Shown here: in pieces, positions 26,644 through 36,693 of the stretch
Layout of the letters: every line of letters starts with the position of its first letter
Position numbering within the stretch: position 1 is the first letter of the stretch
DNA from: an uncultured Prevotellaceae bacterium
Lineage (GTDB): Bacteria > Bacteroidota > Bacteroidia > Bacteroidales > Bacteroidaceae
Reading direction: 5' to 3'
Length of the DNA stretch: 64,000 nt
Assembly: GCA_900315095.1 (NCBI GenBank)
Contig: OMXS01000018.1
Span: forward strand, 21,801 to 85,800
Made by a program: the position numbers and the translations under genes
The notes under the pieces: generated by a model
The model's input: the letters and a program-made list of their open reading frames with translations, nothing else
What the model was told of the DNA's origin: nothing
The model's database searches: none

Positions 26644-29061
26644 TTACAAGTGTGCTGTAACTCCTAGTCGCAGTTCAAAGGTATTGCACTTCACGTCTTT
26701 ATAGTACTTATAGTGAGTTCTGCGGACAAAGTATGAGCCTGACAGTTCGATGCTCCAGTTGCGAGTGATATCGAACTCTGTCTTCGGGTTAATTACTAGC
26801 AGAGCTGCATTTCCTTTATCTCCTTGCGAGTTCAGGTGAAGCATTTCGTCTTCCGTAAGACTCGACATGTCAAGATCTGGGTCGTATCCCTTCCATGTGT
26901 ATATGCGGTAGTAATGGGCATTGAGTATGAATCGTCCGAAGTGGCGCAGTTCCATGTGCGTCTTTGACTTCACGCTATAGCCGCTACCCATGTTGTAGTC
27001 GCGGTCGATGATGCTGTAGTAGTCGCTCTTAGTGCCACCAAGCAATATGCCGTTGATGAAGACACGCTGTTCGAGATGTGAGAGTGCACCAACTGCCGGC
27101 ATCTGTATGATGGCACCTGGTCCGAAGGCTGCTGCCTCGCTGATACGATAAGGAGTGAGGTCAGAACCATCCTTCACGGGCTTTGAATCGAAATAATCGA
27201 AGTGCTGATAGATACCGAACTCGGCTCTGATATGCTTACGCTCAATCATCGGTGTGCTCCAAAGACGTCCCAAAAGGTGTATTTGATTGAGGATGGGTTG
27301 GTTCTTTGAAAGACCGAACACTAGTTGTGTCTCAAAGAAGTCGTAAGGTGCGTTATGCTCATCCTCGTTCACAGGGTCACCATATTGCATAGAGAGGTCG
27401 ATATATGGATTGTGCTCGCCCTTTGAGAAGTTACCTTCGTCTGCCAGATAACGGTCACCTACCGCGATAGAAACCTCCACAGGATTGCGGTTGTAGTCGT
27501 GATAGCGGTAATGGTCATGTCTTACTCTCCAAGCATCGCCTGTAGCAAAGCGCTTCAGTTGGCCCATGGGATTGAAGATTGTAGCACCCAGTTCACGCCA
27601 GAAGCGTGGCCATCCTCGTTTAGAGTCATCAAGGAATATACGGCTTATGCGGTTAGTGATTTCACCTATGCAGATACCTCCGAATGTCGTGGCAATAAGG
27701 TCGTTGATGGCTGGCGGCTCTATCTCGCCAAGGAACTCCCACTCAAGCGAACCTATCATGGCATATGGAGCAGACTCCCAGAAGTTCAATCCCTGCGAAC
27801 GGGCGGAGTTGAAGTAAAGGTTGCCATGATATGGGTGCATGAAGAGGTTTGTTGAGAACTGGTCATTATCCCATACAAAGCCGTTCTTAAAGTTCTCTTT
27901 CCATGTGTTCAGAGTGGTTTGCGCAAAGTCTTGATTTGTAATAACGCGGTCGAAGAGATGAACAAAGACATTCACTCCAGTTACCTGAGCAAGTGCCCAC
28001 CAAGGATGCTTCTTGCCAAGACCAGGTGCCATGAGAGAGTCTGCAGGTGCTACATCCTCGCTTCTGTGCACCAAAGCAGTCTCGCGGTTTGCATTATGAG
28101 GATAGCGGAAAGTGAGTCCTGCCTCTGCCAACAGGCGGTTGCGGTATCGCTTGGCGTGATGATAGTGGCGTGTGTCGCCATAACCTATAGAAGCGAATGC
28201 CCCTATCGTGCGTGACAACTGATAGTCGGCATTCAGGTGTGCCTGTATTGAGAAGAGACGCTCAGGGGTTTCTTCACTATGTTTCTTGAAAGTCTCGATA
28301 TGATAGTAACCTAAGTCAGCACTTAATGAGAGCTTTGGCGTGATTTGGAAATACTGTCCGAGGCGATAGAACAAGGCACCGGAGAAGTCTTCATCGAATC
28401 CCATATAGTGTGTGCCCAAACCAATGATGCTGTAGGTGCTGCGGTTACGGAAGCGTATCGCACTATTCAGTTTAGAACTAGTACCGGCAAAAGCCATCAC
28501 ATCGATAGTGGTTTCGGGGTTTACGTTCACCAGTCCTATCTTGCGTGCTCGGGTGTCCTTGGTGTAGTTTATGATACCGATCTGCCAACCCTTTGGATGT
28601 GATTCAGCCACGTTGAAGACACCTATCTGTACTCCGTTCAGTTGGTCGGCATAGTTATACGTACCCAACTGTAGGCCGCGCATCATGCCCGATGATATAT
28701 TCAATATCGCAGCTATCTGCGCTCCTTTGTCCACACCCATAGAGATGTTGGTGATGCCACAGAGTTGCATGCCTTTCAACGGAGAACTTGAAATGTTTGA
28801 GAAACCAGACAACTGCAGTCCCTTAACACTTCGTGCATAGTTCACAGCAGCATTCAGTTGCACACCCTTCAGCGTGTCTGTATTGCTGGCAACACCTAAA
28901 CTGAAATTAGTAACATGCGTAGTGTCCTCCTTATGGTTCTTTCCAAAGTCTATAGCAATGCCATGCTGAGCCGAAACTGTTGTTACTGACATTTGCATGA
29001 TGACAGTCAATAATGAAGTAATTGTTATATTACTGAACCTATTAATTGTTAGTTTCATCAT
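26644..29061 (-). CDS. Large OM protein: LA_2272-like GxQ repeats + beta-barrel + DUF3943 domain
   Basis: GVQL/GLQL/GMQL/GAQI repeats; WDNDQFSTNLFMHPYHGNLYFNSARS..; E.PAINDLIATT.GG. Start at MMKLTI. Confidence 0.8.
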   Translation of the reverse strand: MMKLTINRFSNITITSLLTVIMQMSVTTVSAQHGIAIDFGKNHKEDTTHVTNFSLGVASNTDTLKGVQLNAAVNYARSVKGLQLSGFSNISSSPLKGMQLCGITNISMGVDKGAQIAAILNISSGMMRGLQLGTYNYADQLNGVQIGVFNVAESHPKGWQIGIINYTKDTRARKIGLVNVNPETTIDVMAFAGTSSKLNSAIRFRNRSTYSIIGLGTHYMGFDEDFSGALFYRLGQYFQITPKLSLSADLGYYHIETFKKHSEETPERLFSIQAHLNADYQLSRTIGAFASIGYGDTRHYHHAKRYRNRLLAEAGLTFRYPHNANRETALVHRSEDVAPADSLMAPGLGKKHPWWALAQVTGVNVFVHLFDRVITNQDFAQTTLNTWKENFKNGFVWDNDQFSTNLFMHPYHGNLYFNSARSQGLNFWESAPYAMIGSLEWEFLGEIEPPAINDLIATTFGGICIGEITNRISRIFLDDSKRGWPRFWRELGATIFNPMGQLKRFATGDAWRVRHDHYRYHDYNRNPVEVSIAVGDRYLADEGNFSKGEHNPYIDLSMQYGDPVNEDEHNAPYDFFETQLVFGLSKNQPILNQIHLLGRLWSTPMIERKHIRAEFGIYQHFDYFDSKPVKDGSDLTPYRISEAAAFGPGAIIQMPAVGALSHLEQRVFINGILLGGTKSDYYSIIDRDYNMGSGYSVKSKTHMELRHFGRFILNAHYYRIYTWKGYDPDLDMSSLTEDEMLHLNSQGDKGNAALLVINPKTEFDITRNWSIELSGSYFVRRTHYKYYKDVKCNTFELRLGVTAHL

Positions 29062-29074
29062 AATATTTTTTCTC

Positions 29075-30280
29075 TTATTTATTAGCATATTTCTTTGCCA
29101 AACGGAACTGGTGGCGATACACAAGACAGGCCATGCCGAGATAAATTGCAGCCTGTATCCAAAGGATGCGAATCTCAGGGAGTATCTGACTGAAAGATGC
29201 GCCCATTGAGTTAACACGGATAAAGGCGCGAACTCCAAATGTACTTGGGAAAAGCCAGGAAACGCCCTGCCAATAACTTGGAATACTTGTCTGTGGCCAT
29301 GACACACCGGTAAGGAATAGTAATGGTACAGAAACGAAGACCATAATAAGCATCACATTCTCACGATAACGTACGAGACAGGACACAGTCATGCCGAAGA
29401 AAATGCTTGCCATAGTGTATGGAAGCAACATCAGGAATAACGTCCATCCATTTGCCAGTTGCGGGAATGAGAACATACAAGGCACGGCCATTGAAAGATA
29501 GGCAGCTGCCACAGCACCAATCATTCCGTAGCAAAGTGCCTTGCCCCATACAATACGGTAGGCTCCGCGATAATGTGGGTCATCATCAGGGATTAACTGG
29601 CCATTGCGATGACGCTCTCGAGCTGTACCCGCAGCCATTCCTACTCCTAATGCTATAGCCTGTTGCAAGAGAAGCATAAGCACGGCAGGCAGAACGCATG
29701 AGCCGTAACCACCAGAGGGATTGAACATAGCCACACCGTCAACGGCAAGTAGCTGTGCTGTGATAGCATCCTCGCGTTTGGTATAGTTGCCGCTTTTCTT
29801 AATATTAAGTCCTGCTCCAAGTCGTCCTGCCTCTACCATTGCTGTCTGATAGACTGCCTTATAGGCAAGCATGAGCGACATGTCACAATAAACACTAACG
29901 GTAGCCTGTTCACCTCGATTTACTTTTGTAGCGAAGTCTGACGGTATGAGGTAGATGCCCCTAACCAGTTGTCGACTTACAAGTGAACGTGCTTCGTCAA
30001 GATCTTGAGCGTAGTATTTCACATGAACATCGGGCGTGGCATCACAGTCATTAATGAACTGTCGAGAGAGCGAAGAGTGCGACTGGTCAACCACCGCCAC
30101 AGCTGTCTCTGTCAAGGTCTCGTTGTTGTATATCCATGAATAAAGCAATGGATAACCCAACGGCACTACAACAAGGAACATCAACACGCCCTCGTCCTTG
30201 ATAACCTTCACCATTTCATTACGCCAGATATGAAGTACATCGGTGAAGTGCTCGCGTATTCTATTAAGGAATGTAGACAT
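29075..30280 (-). CDS. ABC-2 type permease
   Basis: VAVVDQSHSSLSRQ..., multiple TMs, WLFPSTFG. Confidence 0.88.
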   Translation of the reverse strand: MSTFLNRIREHFTDVLHIWRNEMVKVIKDEGVLMFLVVVPLGYPLLYSWIYNNETLTETAVAVVDQSHSSLSRQFINDCDATPDVHVKYYAQDLDEARSLVSRQLVRGIYLIPSDFATKVNRGEQATVSVYCDMSLMLAYKAVYQTAMVEAGRLGAGLNIKKSGNYTKREDAITAQLLAVDGVAMFNPSGGYGSCVLPAVLMLLLQQAIALGVGMAAGTARERHRNGQLIPDDDPHYRGAYRIVWGKALCYGMIGAVAAAYLSMAVPCMFSFPQLANGWTLFLMLLPYTMASIFFGMTVSCLVRYRENVMLIMVFVSVPLLFLTGVSWPQTSIPSYWQGVSWLFPSTFGVRAFIRVNSMGASFSQILPEIRILWIQAAIYLGMACLVYRHQFRLAKKYANK

Positions 30281-31436
30281 AATTCAGCATTGCGTTTTTA
30301 ACTTTACGAAGAACGAACCAAGGCAGCAGAGTGAAAGCCACAAGTGCAACAAAGTGGAACCATACATCGATGATTGGAAATCCATTGAGTACTGTTGCCT
30401 GATAAATCATCCAGTAGTGGCGCAGAGGGAACAGCCATGACATAGCCTGAAGTGGTGCATCCATGCCAGGAACAGGGAACGCAGAGCCACACATGGATAT
30501 GCCAAGTACCGACCATAACGAACTGATACTCATAGACATGCGTAGCGATGGCATCAGACCAAAGGCGAATATGCCAAAGCCGAGTGAACTTGCCACCTGT
30601 AATAGAGTGAGTCGTACGATGCTCCACACGCCACCAAGACGTGGGAAATCGAGCACTTCAAAGATATAATACTGATATAGGAATATCACAAGCAAGAATA
30701 TCACAGCATGCACGAGAAACTTACCGAGAATGGCCACCACGATATTGTTATCGGCACGTGCAAGCCACTCCTTGCCTGTGTCAAATTTCATCTCCATACC
30801 AATGGCATAGGCAGAAAGCAGGGCCATGAAAAGCATCAGTATTCCAGGCACGAAAACTGTGGTAAGACTGTAGTTGTAACTGCCTTCAGGATTGGCTATC
30901 ATGTGAGCATCAATAGTGACTGGCTGGAGTGCTGCCTTAATCTGATTAGGTGTTGCACCCTTAGCACTAAGCGTGGCCTGCCCTACTGCTGCCGAACCAA
31001 GCATGCCGATGGTCTTCAAGTCTTTTGACGCCATTGAACCAGCTGCCATACACGTCATCGTGTAATAGTACGAGATTTTCGGTTGTCTGCCCGACATCAG
31101 TTTTGCCGCTGTGTTTTCGGGAATGTATAGATAGGCATATACCTTTCCTTCCTGCATGGCACAACGAGCCTCTGTAACTGATGCAAAGCGATACATCACA
31201 CGCGAGTTCTGCATGGCGTCGAGATTGCGTATGAGGCTACGAGACGTGGAACTATTGTCGTGGTCAACCACTCCAATGGGCAAGTCCTGTGGCAGTCCTT
31301 CGTCGAGCATCGTGGTGAAGAAGAGCACCAACAAGGCGGGGAACACAATCATGCAGAAACCATAGATACGGTTCTTTCGCACGATGATGTCCAACTCTCG
31401 CAGCGCGATGTCGAATATTTGAGAAATATACTTCAT
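30264..31436 (-). CDS. ABC-2 type permease
   Basis: PIGVVDHDNSSTSRSL, NYSLTT..VPG, WLFPLRHY. Confidence 0.88.
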   Translation of the reverse strand: MKYISQIFDIALRELDIIVRKNRIYGFCMIVFPALLVLFFTTMLDEGLPQDLPIGVVDHDNSSTSRSLIRNLDAMQNSRVMYRFASVTEARCAMQEGKVYAYLYIPENTAAKLMSGRQPKISYYYTMTCMAAGSMASKDLKTIGMLGSAAVGQATLSAKGATPNQIKAALQPVTIDAHMIANPEGSYNYSLTTVFVPGILMLFMALLSAYAIGMEMKFDTGKEWLARADNNIVVAILGKFLVHAVIFLLVIFLYQYYIFEVLDFPRLGGVWSIVRLTLLQVASSLGFGIFAFGLMPSLRMSMSISSLWSVLGISMCGSAFPVPGMDAPLQAMSWLFPLRHYWMIYQATVLNGFPIIDVWFHFVALVAFTLLPWFVLRKVKNAMLNYVYIP

Positions 31437-31465
31437 TAACTAACTTAACTTCTCTAACAACTTGA

Positions 31466-32458
31466 CTATTTCTTCATAATAACTGACATACCTGGTCTTA
31501 CGCCTTCAATCTTCTCTGCTGGGCGTGCCTTAACCTCAAAGGTCTTCTGGTCATACTGACCGCTTGCTTTTGTGGCTTTCCATACAGCATACGAGCCCTT
31601 ATCCTTCATGTAGTAAATCTTCATCTTGAGGTCTTTCTCAAGTACAGGAATGTTTACAGTAACCTCTGTACCAATCTGTAGACCTTTCAATTGGTCCTCA
31701 CGGATGTTGAACGTAGCCCACTGGTCTTTCATCACAGCAATAGAAATGATAGGACTGCCAGTACCTACGAGTTCACCAACCTTGGGATAAACATCGGTTA
31801 CTTCACCATCCATCTGTGCTATCTGAACAGTCTCTCTAATATAACTATTCACCTCTTGTATAGCACCACGTGCTTGACCAACTGTAGCCGATGCTGCACG
31901 TCGCTCCTCAAATCGTGCTCCGTTAACAGCCATGTCATACTGGCTCTTTGCTGCTTTCACTTGTGCCTGAGCCGTCTTATACATCGCCTCTGCCTCGTCA
32001 AATTTCTGAGCGCTTATGACCTCCTCCTCATACAGGATCTTCATACGATTATATGACTTCTCGGCAACCTCAAGACCAGCCCTTGCCTGCTCTAAGAGCT
32101 GATATGCAGCCTGTATCTGCTCTTTGCGGGCACCATTTTTTGCCATCATCTCCATAGCAGATGCTGCATCTGCAGCACTTTGAGCCTGTGACATCTTTGC
32201 CTGCACTTCAGGAGCTTCCAGAATGGCAAGTGTGTCACCTGCCTTCACCATATCACCTTCCTTCACTTTGAGTTCGAGAATACGTCCTGGCACCTTGCTG
32301 GACACACGATACTCCTCTACTTCAATCTCGCCCTGAATCACATCTGCATCTCGTCCAAGGGCGAGGAAACCGATAAGGGCTACAATAACTACTACTGCTG
32401 CGAAACCTGCTACGGCCAACAGAATATTGTTATGCTGTTCTTTTGCTTTGTCTGACAT
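31466..32458 (-). CDS. HlyD family periplasmic adaptor
   Basis: N-terminal TM, VSSKVPGRI..V.EGD.V..GD.L lipoyl motif, coiled coil, RPGMSV. Confidence 0.92.
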   Translation of the reverse strand: MSDKAKEQHNNILLAVAGFAAVVVIVALIGFLALGRDADVIQGEIEVEEYRVSSKVPGRILELKVKEGDMVKAGDTLAILEAPEVQAKMSQAQSAADAASAMEMMAKNGARKEQIQAAYQLLEQARAGLEVAEKSYNRMKILYEEEVISAQKFDEAEAMYKTAQAQVKAAKSQYDMAVNGARFEERRAASATVGQARGAIQEVNSYIRETVQIAQMDGEVTDVYPKVGELVGTGSPIISIAVMKDQWATFNIREDQLKGLQIGTEVTVNIPVLEKDLKMKIYYMKDKGSYAVWKATKASGQYDQKTFEVKARPAEKIEGVRPGMSVIMKK

Positions 32459-32512
32459 AATTGTATTGTTATTTTTATTTTTATGATTAAACTATTTGAA
32501 CTATATAATTGA

Positions 32513-34006
32513 TTATTGTAAGGTACCCAGAGCCTTCTGCAATTCCACTTGTGATAGTTTAACACCTATCTCTGCATCGATCTTCTGTGTTTGCGCCTGT
32601 TGCCAAGCGGTCTGCGCTTCCATTACTGTAGTGTATGATGCAGTGCCTTCTTTGAATGCTAGGTTAGCCATACGAAGGTTCTCGTCAGCATTAGCAACAT
32701 TAGACTCGGCCATCGTGAGTTTCTTCTTGGCTTCCTTCACTTTGAAGTTGCTTTGCCTTACTTGAAGGTTAATCTTTTCGCGGGCATCCTCCAACTCCAT
32801 GTTGGCTATGGCTGTGGCACCTTTAGAGGCACGCACCTTGTGCTTCACGTCGCCCCAGTTCCAAATAGGAACACGCACCAGCAAGCCTACATTCCAGAAA
32901 CCGCTAAATTTCTTCTCGAAACCATTGAACGTATTAGGATTAGATACTGCATAACCGCCTGTCAGCAGCACCTGAGGAAGGTTGCCTGCCTTCAGTACAT
33001 TCGTCGTCTGCTTACTTAGGTCAACATTATTTTGAAGAACCTTCAATTCTGGTCTGTTTGACATCGCCACATCTGCGTTATCCATTTGTTGGAGTTCACT
33101 TGAAACATTTCCTAAAGTGCCTTTATTCTCATCCGCAAGAGTGATGTCTTCATCCTCAGGCAGTCCGCACAACTGGCACAAGAGCATCTTTGACAAGGCC
33201 AGGCCGTCAGATACTTGAGTCAAAGCCATCTCTGCCTCATTCACTCTCACACTAACGCTCAGTCCATCACCCTTAGTGGCCATGCCTTGGTCAATCATCT
33301 TCTGCACATCGCTCTTCAGCTTCTTTACCAATGCCACATAACTTTCGGCAAGTATCTGCTTATGGCGCAACGAAACAACCTGCCAATAGGTCAGGTCTAT
33401 ATTATATAATGTGCCTTGCCGCTTCATCTCAAGCGTGTTGGCAGCAATCTCCTCGTTGATGTCAGCTATCTTGTTAGCAGCCGTAATGGCTCCACCCATG
33501 AACACAGGTTGCGTTACCATAACTGAACCGGCAAACATATTGTGCGTGTCTGTTCGCAAGGAGTTCACAAGTCCATGTCCGGTATTGTCGAGTGTGCCAG
33601 CAAACTCCGACAAGTCCTCGGCAATCTTCATTTGAGCAGCAGCTGGCAACTGGGAGATAATAGAGCCCAAACTGCTTGTGAGACTCGCGGCCGCATTCGT
33701 GCCAAGGTTATTCAGCGCATCTTTCTTGTCGTCACTTAGCATCGAAATCTCTTTGCTCATCCACACATAGCCTCCAATAGCGCTTACATGTGGCAGATAC
33801 TTCGTGCGAGCCGACTTCTTCAAGTGTGCATTTACCTCCTGCTTCATCCTTGCCACTCCCATCTGTTTGTTGTTACTAAGTGCCATTGCCCTGCAACTGT
33901 CGAGTGTCAACAGTCTTTGAGCCTTGCCCGTCATAGGCAACAGCACCAACACCCCGAGCCATATAGCCCGAGTCATCAATGTTCCTTTCTTCCTAATCTT
34001 ATTCAT
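32513..34006 (-). CDS. TolC family outer-membrane efflux protein
   Basis: LTLDSCRAMALSNN, QPVFMGG, RPELK, PIWNWG, L..ALG C-terminus. Confidence 0.92.
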   Translation of the reverse strand: MNKIRKKGTLMTRAIWLGVLVLLPMTGKAQRLLTLDSCRAMALSNNKQMGVARMKQEVNAHLKKSARTKYLPHVSAIGGYVWMSKEISMLSDDKKDALNNLGTNAAASLTSSLGSIISQLPAAAQMKIAEDLSEFAGTLDNTGHGLVNSLRTDTHNMFAGSVMVTQPVFMGGAITAANKIADINEEIAANTLEMKRQGTLYNIDLTYWQVVSLRHKQILAESYVALVKKLKSDVQKMIDQGMATKGDGLSVSVRVNEAEMALTQVSDGLALSKMLLCQLCGLPEDEDITLADENKGTLGNVSSELQQMDNADVAMSNRPELKVLQNNVDLSKQTTNVLKAGNLPQVLLTGGYAVSNPNTFNGFEKKFSGFWNVGLLVRVPIWNWGDVKHKVRASKGATAIANMELEDAREKINLQVRQSNFKVKEAKKKLTMAESNVANADENLRMANLAFKEGTASYTTVMEAQTAWQQAQTQKIDAEIGVKLSQVELQKALGTLQ

Positions 34007-34041
34007 TGTTAATGTGTTAATGTTATTTCGCTTAAAATCTA

Positions 34042-34956
34042 TTATTCGCTTTTAACTTCCCCGTTTTGATACTTCACACGATACTCCAATGGTGTCATGC
34101 CGGAGTATTTCTTGAAGTATTTGCCGAAGAACGACGCGTTAGGGAAATTCAGGTCATTAGCTATCTCCTGCATGGTCATATCGGTATAGCGCAAGCGATG
34201 CTCTATAGCCTTCATCGTGAAGAAATGAATCATATCACTAGGCCTGCGGTTCATGGTTTCCTTAAGTATCGTAGATAGATACTTAGGCGTGATGTTCAGT
34301 TCGCTGGCAAAATCATCTACCTTACGAACTCGCCCGTCACTCTGCTCTAACATCTGCATGAATTTCTCAGCTAAACGTCTTTTGTGAAAACCAGGAAGAC
34401 CACCCTCTTGCATATCTGATTCATCCTTTTGTCCCTCAGAACGGCGCAACATGGCCAATATTTCCAACATCATAGTGCATGAAAGCGAGCGTACGATATC
34501 GGAATAAAGTATAGGAGAATTGTCCTTCATCCTTCTACACAGCAGCTGGAAATAGTCGTCGAGCAGCGTCACATCATCCTCAGTAAGATGAACAACAGGA
34601 TGCTGCTTGAGATAGGTAAGGTCTGACAGACTTGTTCTTGCATATAGATTAATGTCCCAAAGTTCACCTCGAGTAAACCACACCTGCCTGCAGTTGAAAT
34701 CGGATGATGTCATAAAGTTCTGGACAATACTATGGGACATATATAGAAACAAATCGTCCTTTTGCAATTTAATCACGACACCATCGTATTCAAACTGTGC
34801 TATTCCTTGCGTAACAATAATAATGATGCCATGACTCTGCAGGCAAATCTTGCCTGAAGGTACGGTGGCTATGCTCTCCATCACCACAAGGTCGTCACTA
34901 TCGCCTATTCGATAAGTGTCATTTCCACTACGAGGTATTAAGTCTTTTATGTCCAT
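34042..34956 (-). CDS. AraC family transcriptional regulator
   Basis: FASELNITPKYLS ... QEIANDLNFPNASFFGKYFKKYSGMTPLEYR. Confidence 0.93.
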   Translation of the reverse strand: MDIKDLIPRSGNDTYRIGDSDDLVVMESIATVPSGKICLQSHGIIIIVTQGIAQFEYDGVVIKLQKDDLFLYMSHSIVQNFMTSSDFNCRQVWFTRGELWDINLYARTSLSDLTYLKQHPVVHLTEDDVTLLDDYFQLLCRRMKDNSPILYSDIVRSLSCTMMLEILAMLRRSEGQKDESDMQEGGLPGFHKRRLAEKFMQMLEQSDGRVRKVDDFASELNITPKYLSTILKETMNRRPSDMIHFFTMKAIEHRLRYTDMTMQEIANDLNFPNASFFGKYFKKYSGMTPLEYRVKYQNGEVKSE

Positions 34957-35278
34957 TGTGTTCTAATTTTGCTTTTCATGCTGCGAAAGTAGCCATATTT
35001 TCCCAATAATCAATGTTCTATTTATCCACAAATATGTTCATTTTACTTTCTAATGACCAATATTTCGTATATTGTATAATCTTTAAAGAAATATTGACCA
35101 TTGCATTTTACATTTAGTAATTGTGTGTTTTGCTCATTATGGTTCAATTTTCCTTTGTTGGTGTAATATTGAACAGAGGTATATACAGATATGGAAGGGA
35201 TGAATATCCTTTATGTTTTTCTCGTTATAGCATAGACATCTTTTACGTGTATTAGATATATAATAATAAGTGGCGCGC

Positions 35279-35434
35279 TCAGAAGATACTAATGGAACGC
35301 TCAGGAAGCACTCCTGAGATGCTCAGGTATATACATCTTAGGTGGTCAGATATATACACCTGAGGTGGTCAGGAGGTACAAGTGAGATGGTCAGAAAATG
35401 CAAGTAGCATCATCAGGAAACACATGTGCGAGCA
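35279..35434. repeat. 22/23-bp repeat array, locus 2 (7 units)
   Basis: Units start TCAG at 35279, 35301, 35323, 35346, 35369, 35391 and 35413. Confidence 0.85.
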
Positions 35435-35441
35435 ACAGTTC

Positions 35442-36659
35442 TTACTCAACACATAACGACACCTTCATGGGAGTTTGCAGAGCATCAAGAGTTTGCTCTG
35501 AACGGAGTTTCCACTCATCAAATGTGCGTACATCATTCTTGCTCCATGCAGAACCGAAGTAATATGTGAAGCGAGTGCCTGGGGTGTATGACTTCACGCC
35601 AATCACATGACCGGCGTTGCCGTTCTGACGGTCTTGCTCAGTATAGAGATAGCGTGTGTAGTCGATGACTTCCGGGAATAACAAACCTACGAAGATTTGG
35701 AAATTCTGTTTCGTGGGATTATCTGTGGGGTCGGCATAGAGTGCCATGTTACTGGCAAGATGCATCGTCTCGGTGTCCTCAGGATGAACCACGATACCTG
35801 CTGCCAGGTCGCGCTTTTCTGATAGTCCGTCATACCATACCGTGCAGCGGTTGTAGTTGGAGCCCTTGTCAAGACTGATGATGCGATGTTCCACAACATT
35901 CTTGTCCTTACCTATTGCCGTAGGGTTATAGTCAACACGTACGGTGAAACGCAGTGGCCCGTTGTCAAGAATCTGATAGTCTTTGTAGCAGTATGGCAGC
36001 ACCAGTTGACCGTTGTCCATCAGTGCCGGGGCACCGCCTCCCAGCGTCGGTCCCACCTTATAGCAGTCGAGTCCATAGCCGTGGTCGAAGTGATAGGTTG
36101 TGGCCTCTTCCATATCGAGGGCCTCCTGTGTCTTGCCTTCTTTCTTAAGAGCCTCGATGGCAGAATGGTTAGAGAGTTCTGTCACATAACGTTTCTCAAC
36201 CTCAAGGTCGGGGGTGTTCTTCACCCACACATCAACGCCGAAAGCACGTTCCTTATTACGCTGGAGGGCTGGTCCATAGATGCGGTATGCGGTACGGTCA
36301 TTCTCCCATGCTATGTCATCCACGCGCTCAGGATACTGCCTTCCAGTGACATATATCTTAGGCTGACGGGGAGTGCCTTTCTCAACAGAGAACTCTGCCG
36401 TTCCACATGGGCGCACGCTGGCATCAACGAGCAGCAGGCTGTCGTGTGTGAGTTGGTAACCCACCTGCTGACCTAAAGCGTTCTTCACTATCACAGGCGA
36501 GCCATAACTAATGCCCATCTTCTGATAGAGTTGTTTTGCGCATACTTCAACGACCTCTTGCCGTTGCACTTTCTCGTCATTACTGACGATGATTTTCACG
36601 TTTTGTGCCCCAGCACTTGTAGCAAGTAGGCAAAGGGCGATAATGTTTAGCAGTTTCAT
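35442..36659 (-). CDS. DUF4861 family protein
   Basis: PERVDDIAWENDR.AYR.YGPAL, DVWVK, DCYKVG.TLG.GA, GPLR, YYFGSAWSK. Confidence 0.88.
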   Translation of the reverse strand: MKLLNIIALCLLATSAGAQNVKIIVSNDEKVQRQEVVEVCAKQLYQKMGISYGSPVIVKNALGQQVGYQLTHDSLLLVDASVRPCGTAEFSVEKGTPRQPKIYVTGRQYPERVDDIAWENDRTAYRIYGPALQRNKERAFGVDVWVKNTPDLEVEKRYVTELSNHSAIEALKKEGKTQEALDMEEATTYHFDHGYGLDCYKVGPTLGGGAPALMDNGQLVLPYCYKDYQILDNGPLRFTVRVDYNPTAIGKDKNVVEHRIISLDKGSNYNRCTVWYDGLSEKRDLAAGIVVHPEDTETMHLASNMALYADPTDNPTKQNFQIFVGLLFPEVIDYTRYLYTEQDRQNGNAGHVIGVKSYTPGTRFTYYFGSAWSKNDVRTFDEWKLRSEQTLDALQTPMKVSLCVE

Positions 36660-36693
36660 TATTAGTCTTTAAGTTTATTTGTTTTCTTTTTTC

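Noticed and set aside
29062-29307. N-terminal extension of the 887-aa ORF, and similar extensions on pgm, tilS, the exonuclease, the nuclease and the radical SAM gene
   Set aside because: They overlap upstream genes or promoter boxes. Downstream ATGs give proper signal peptides or family starts.
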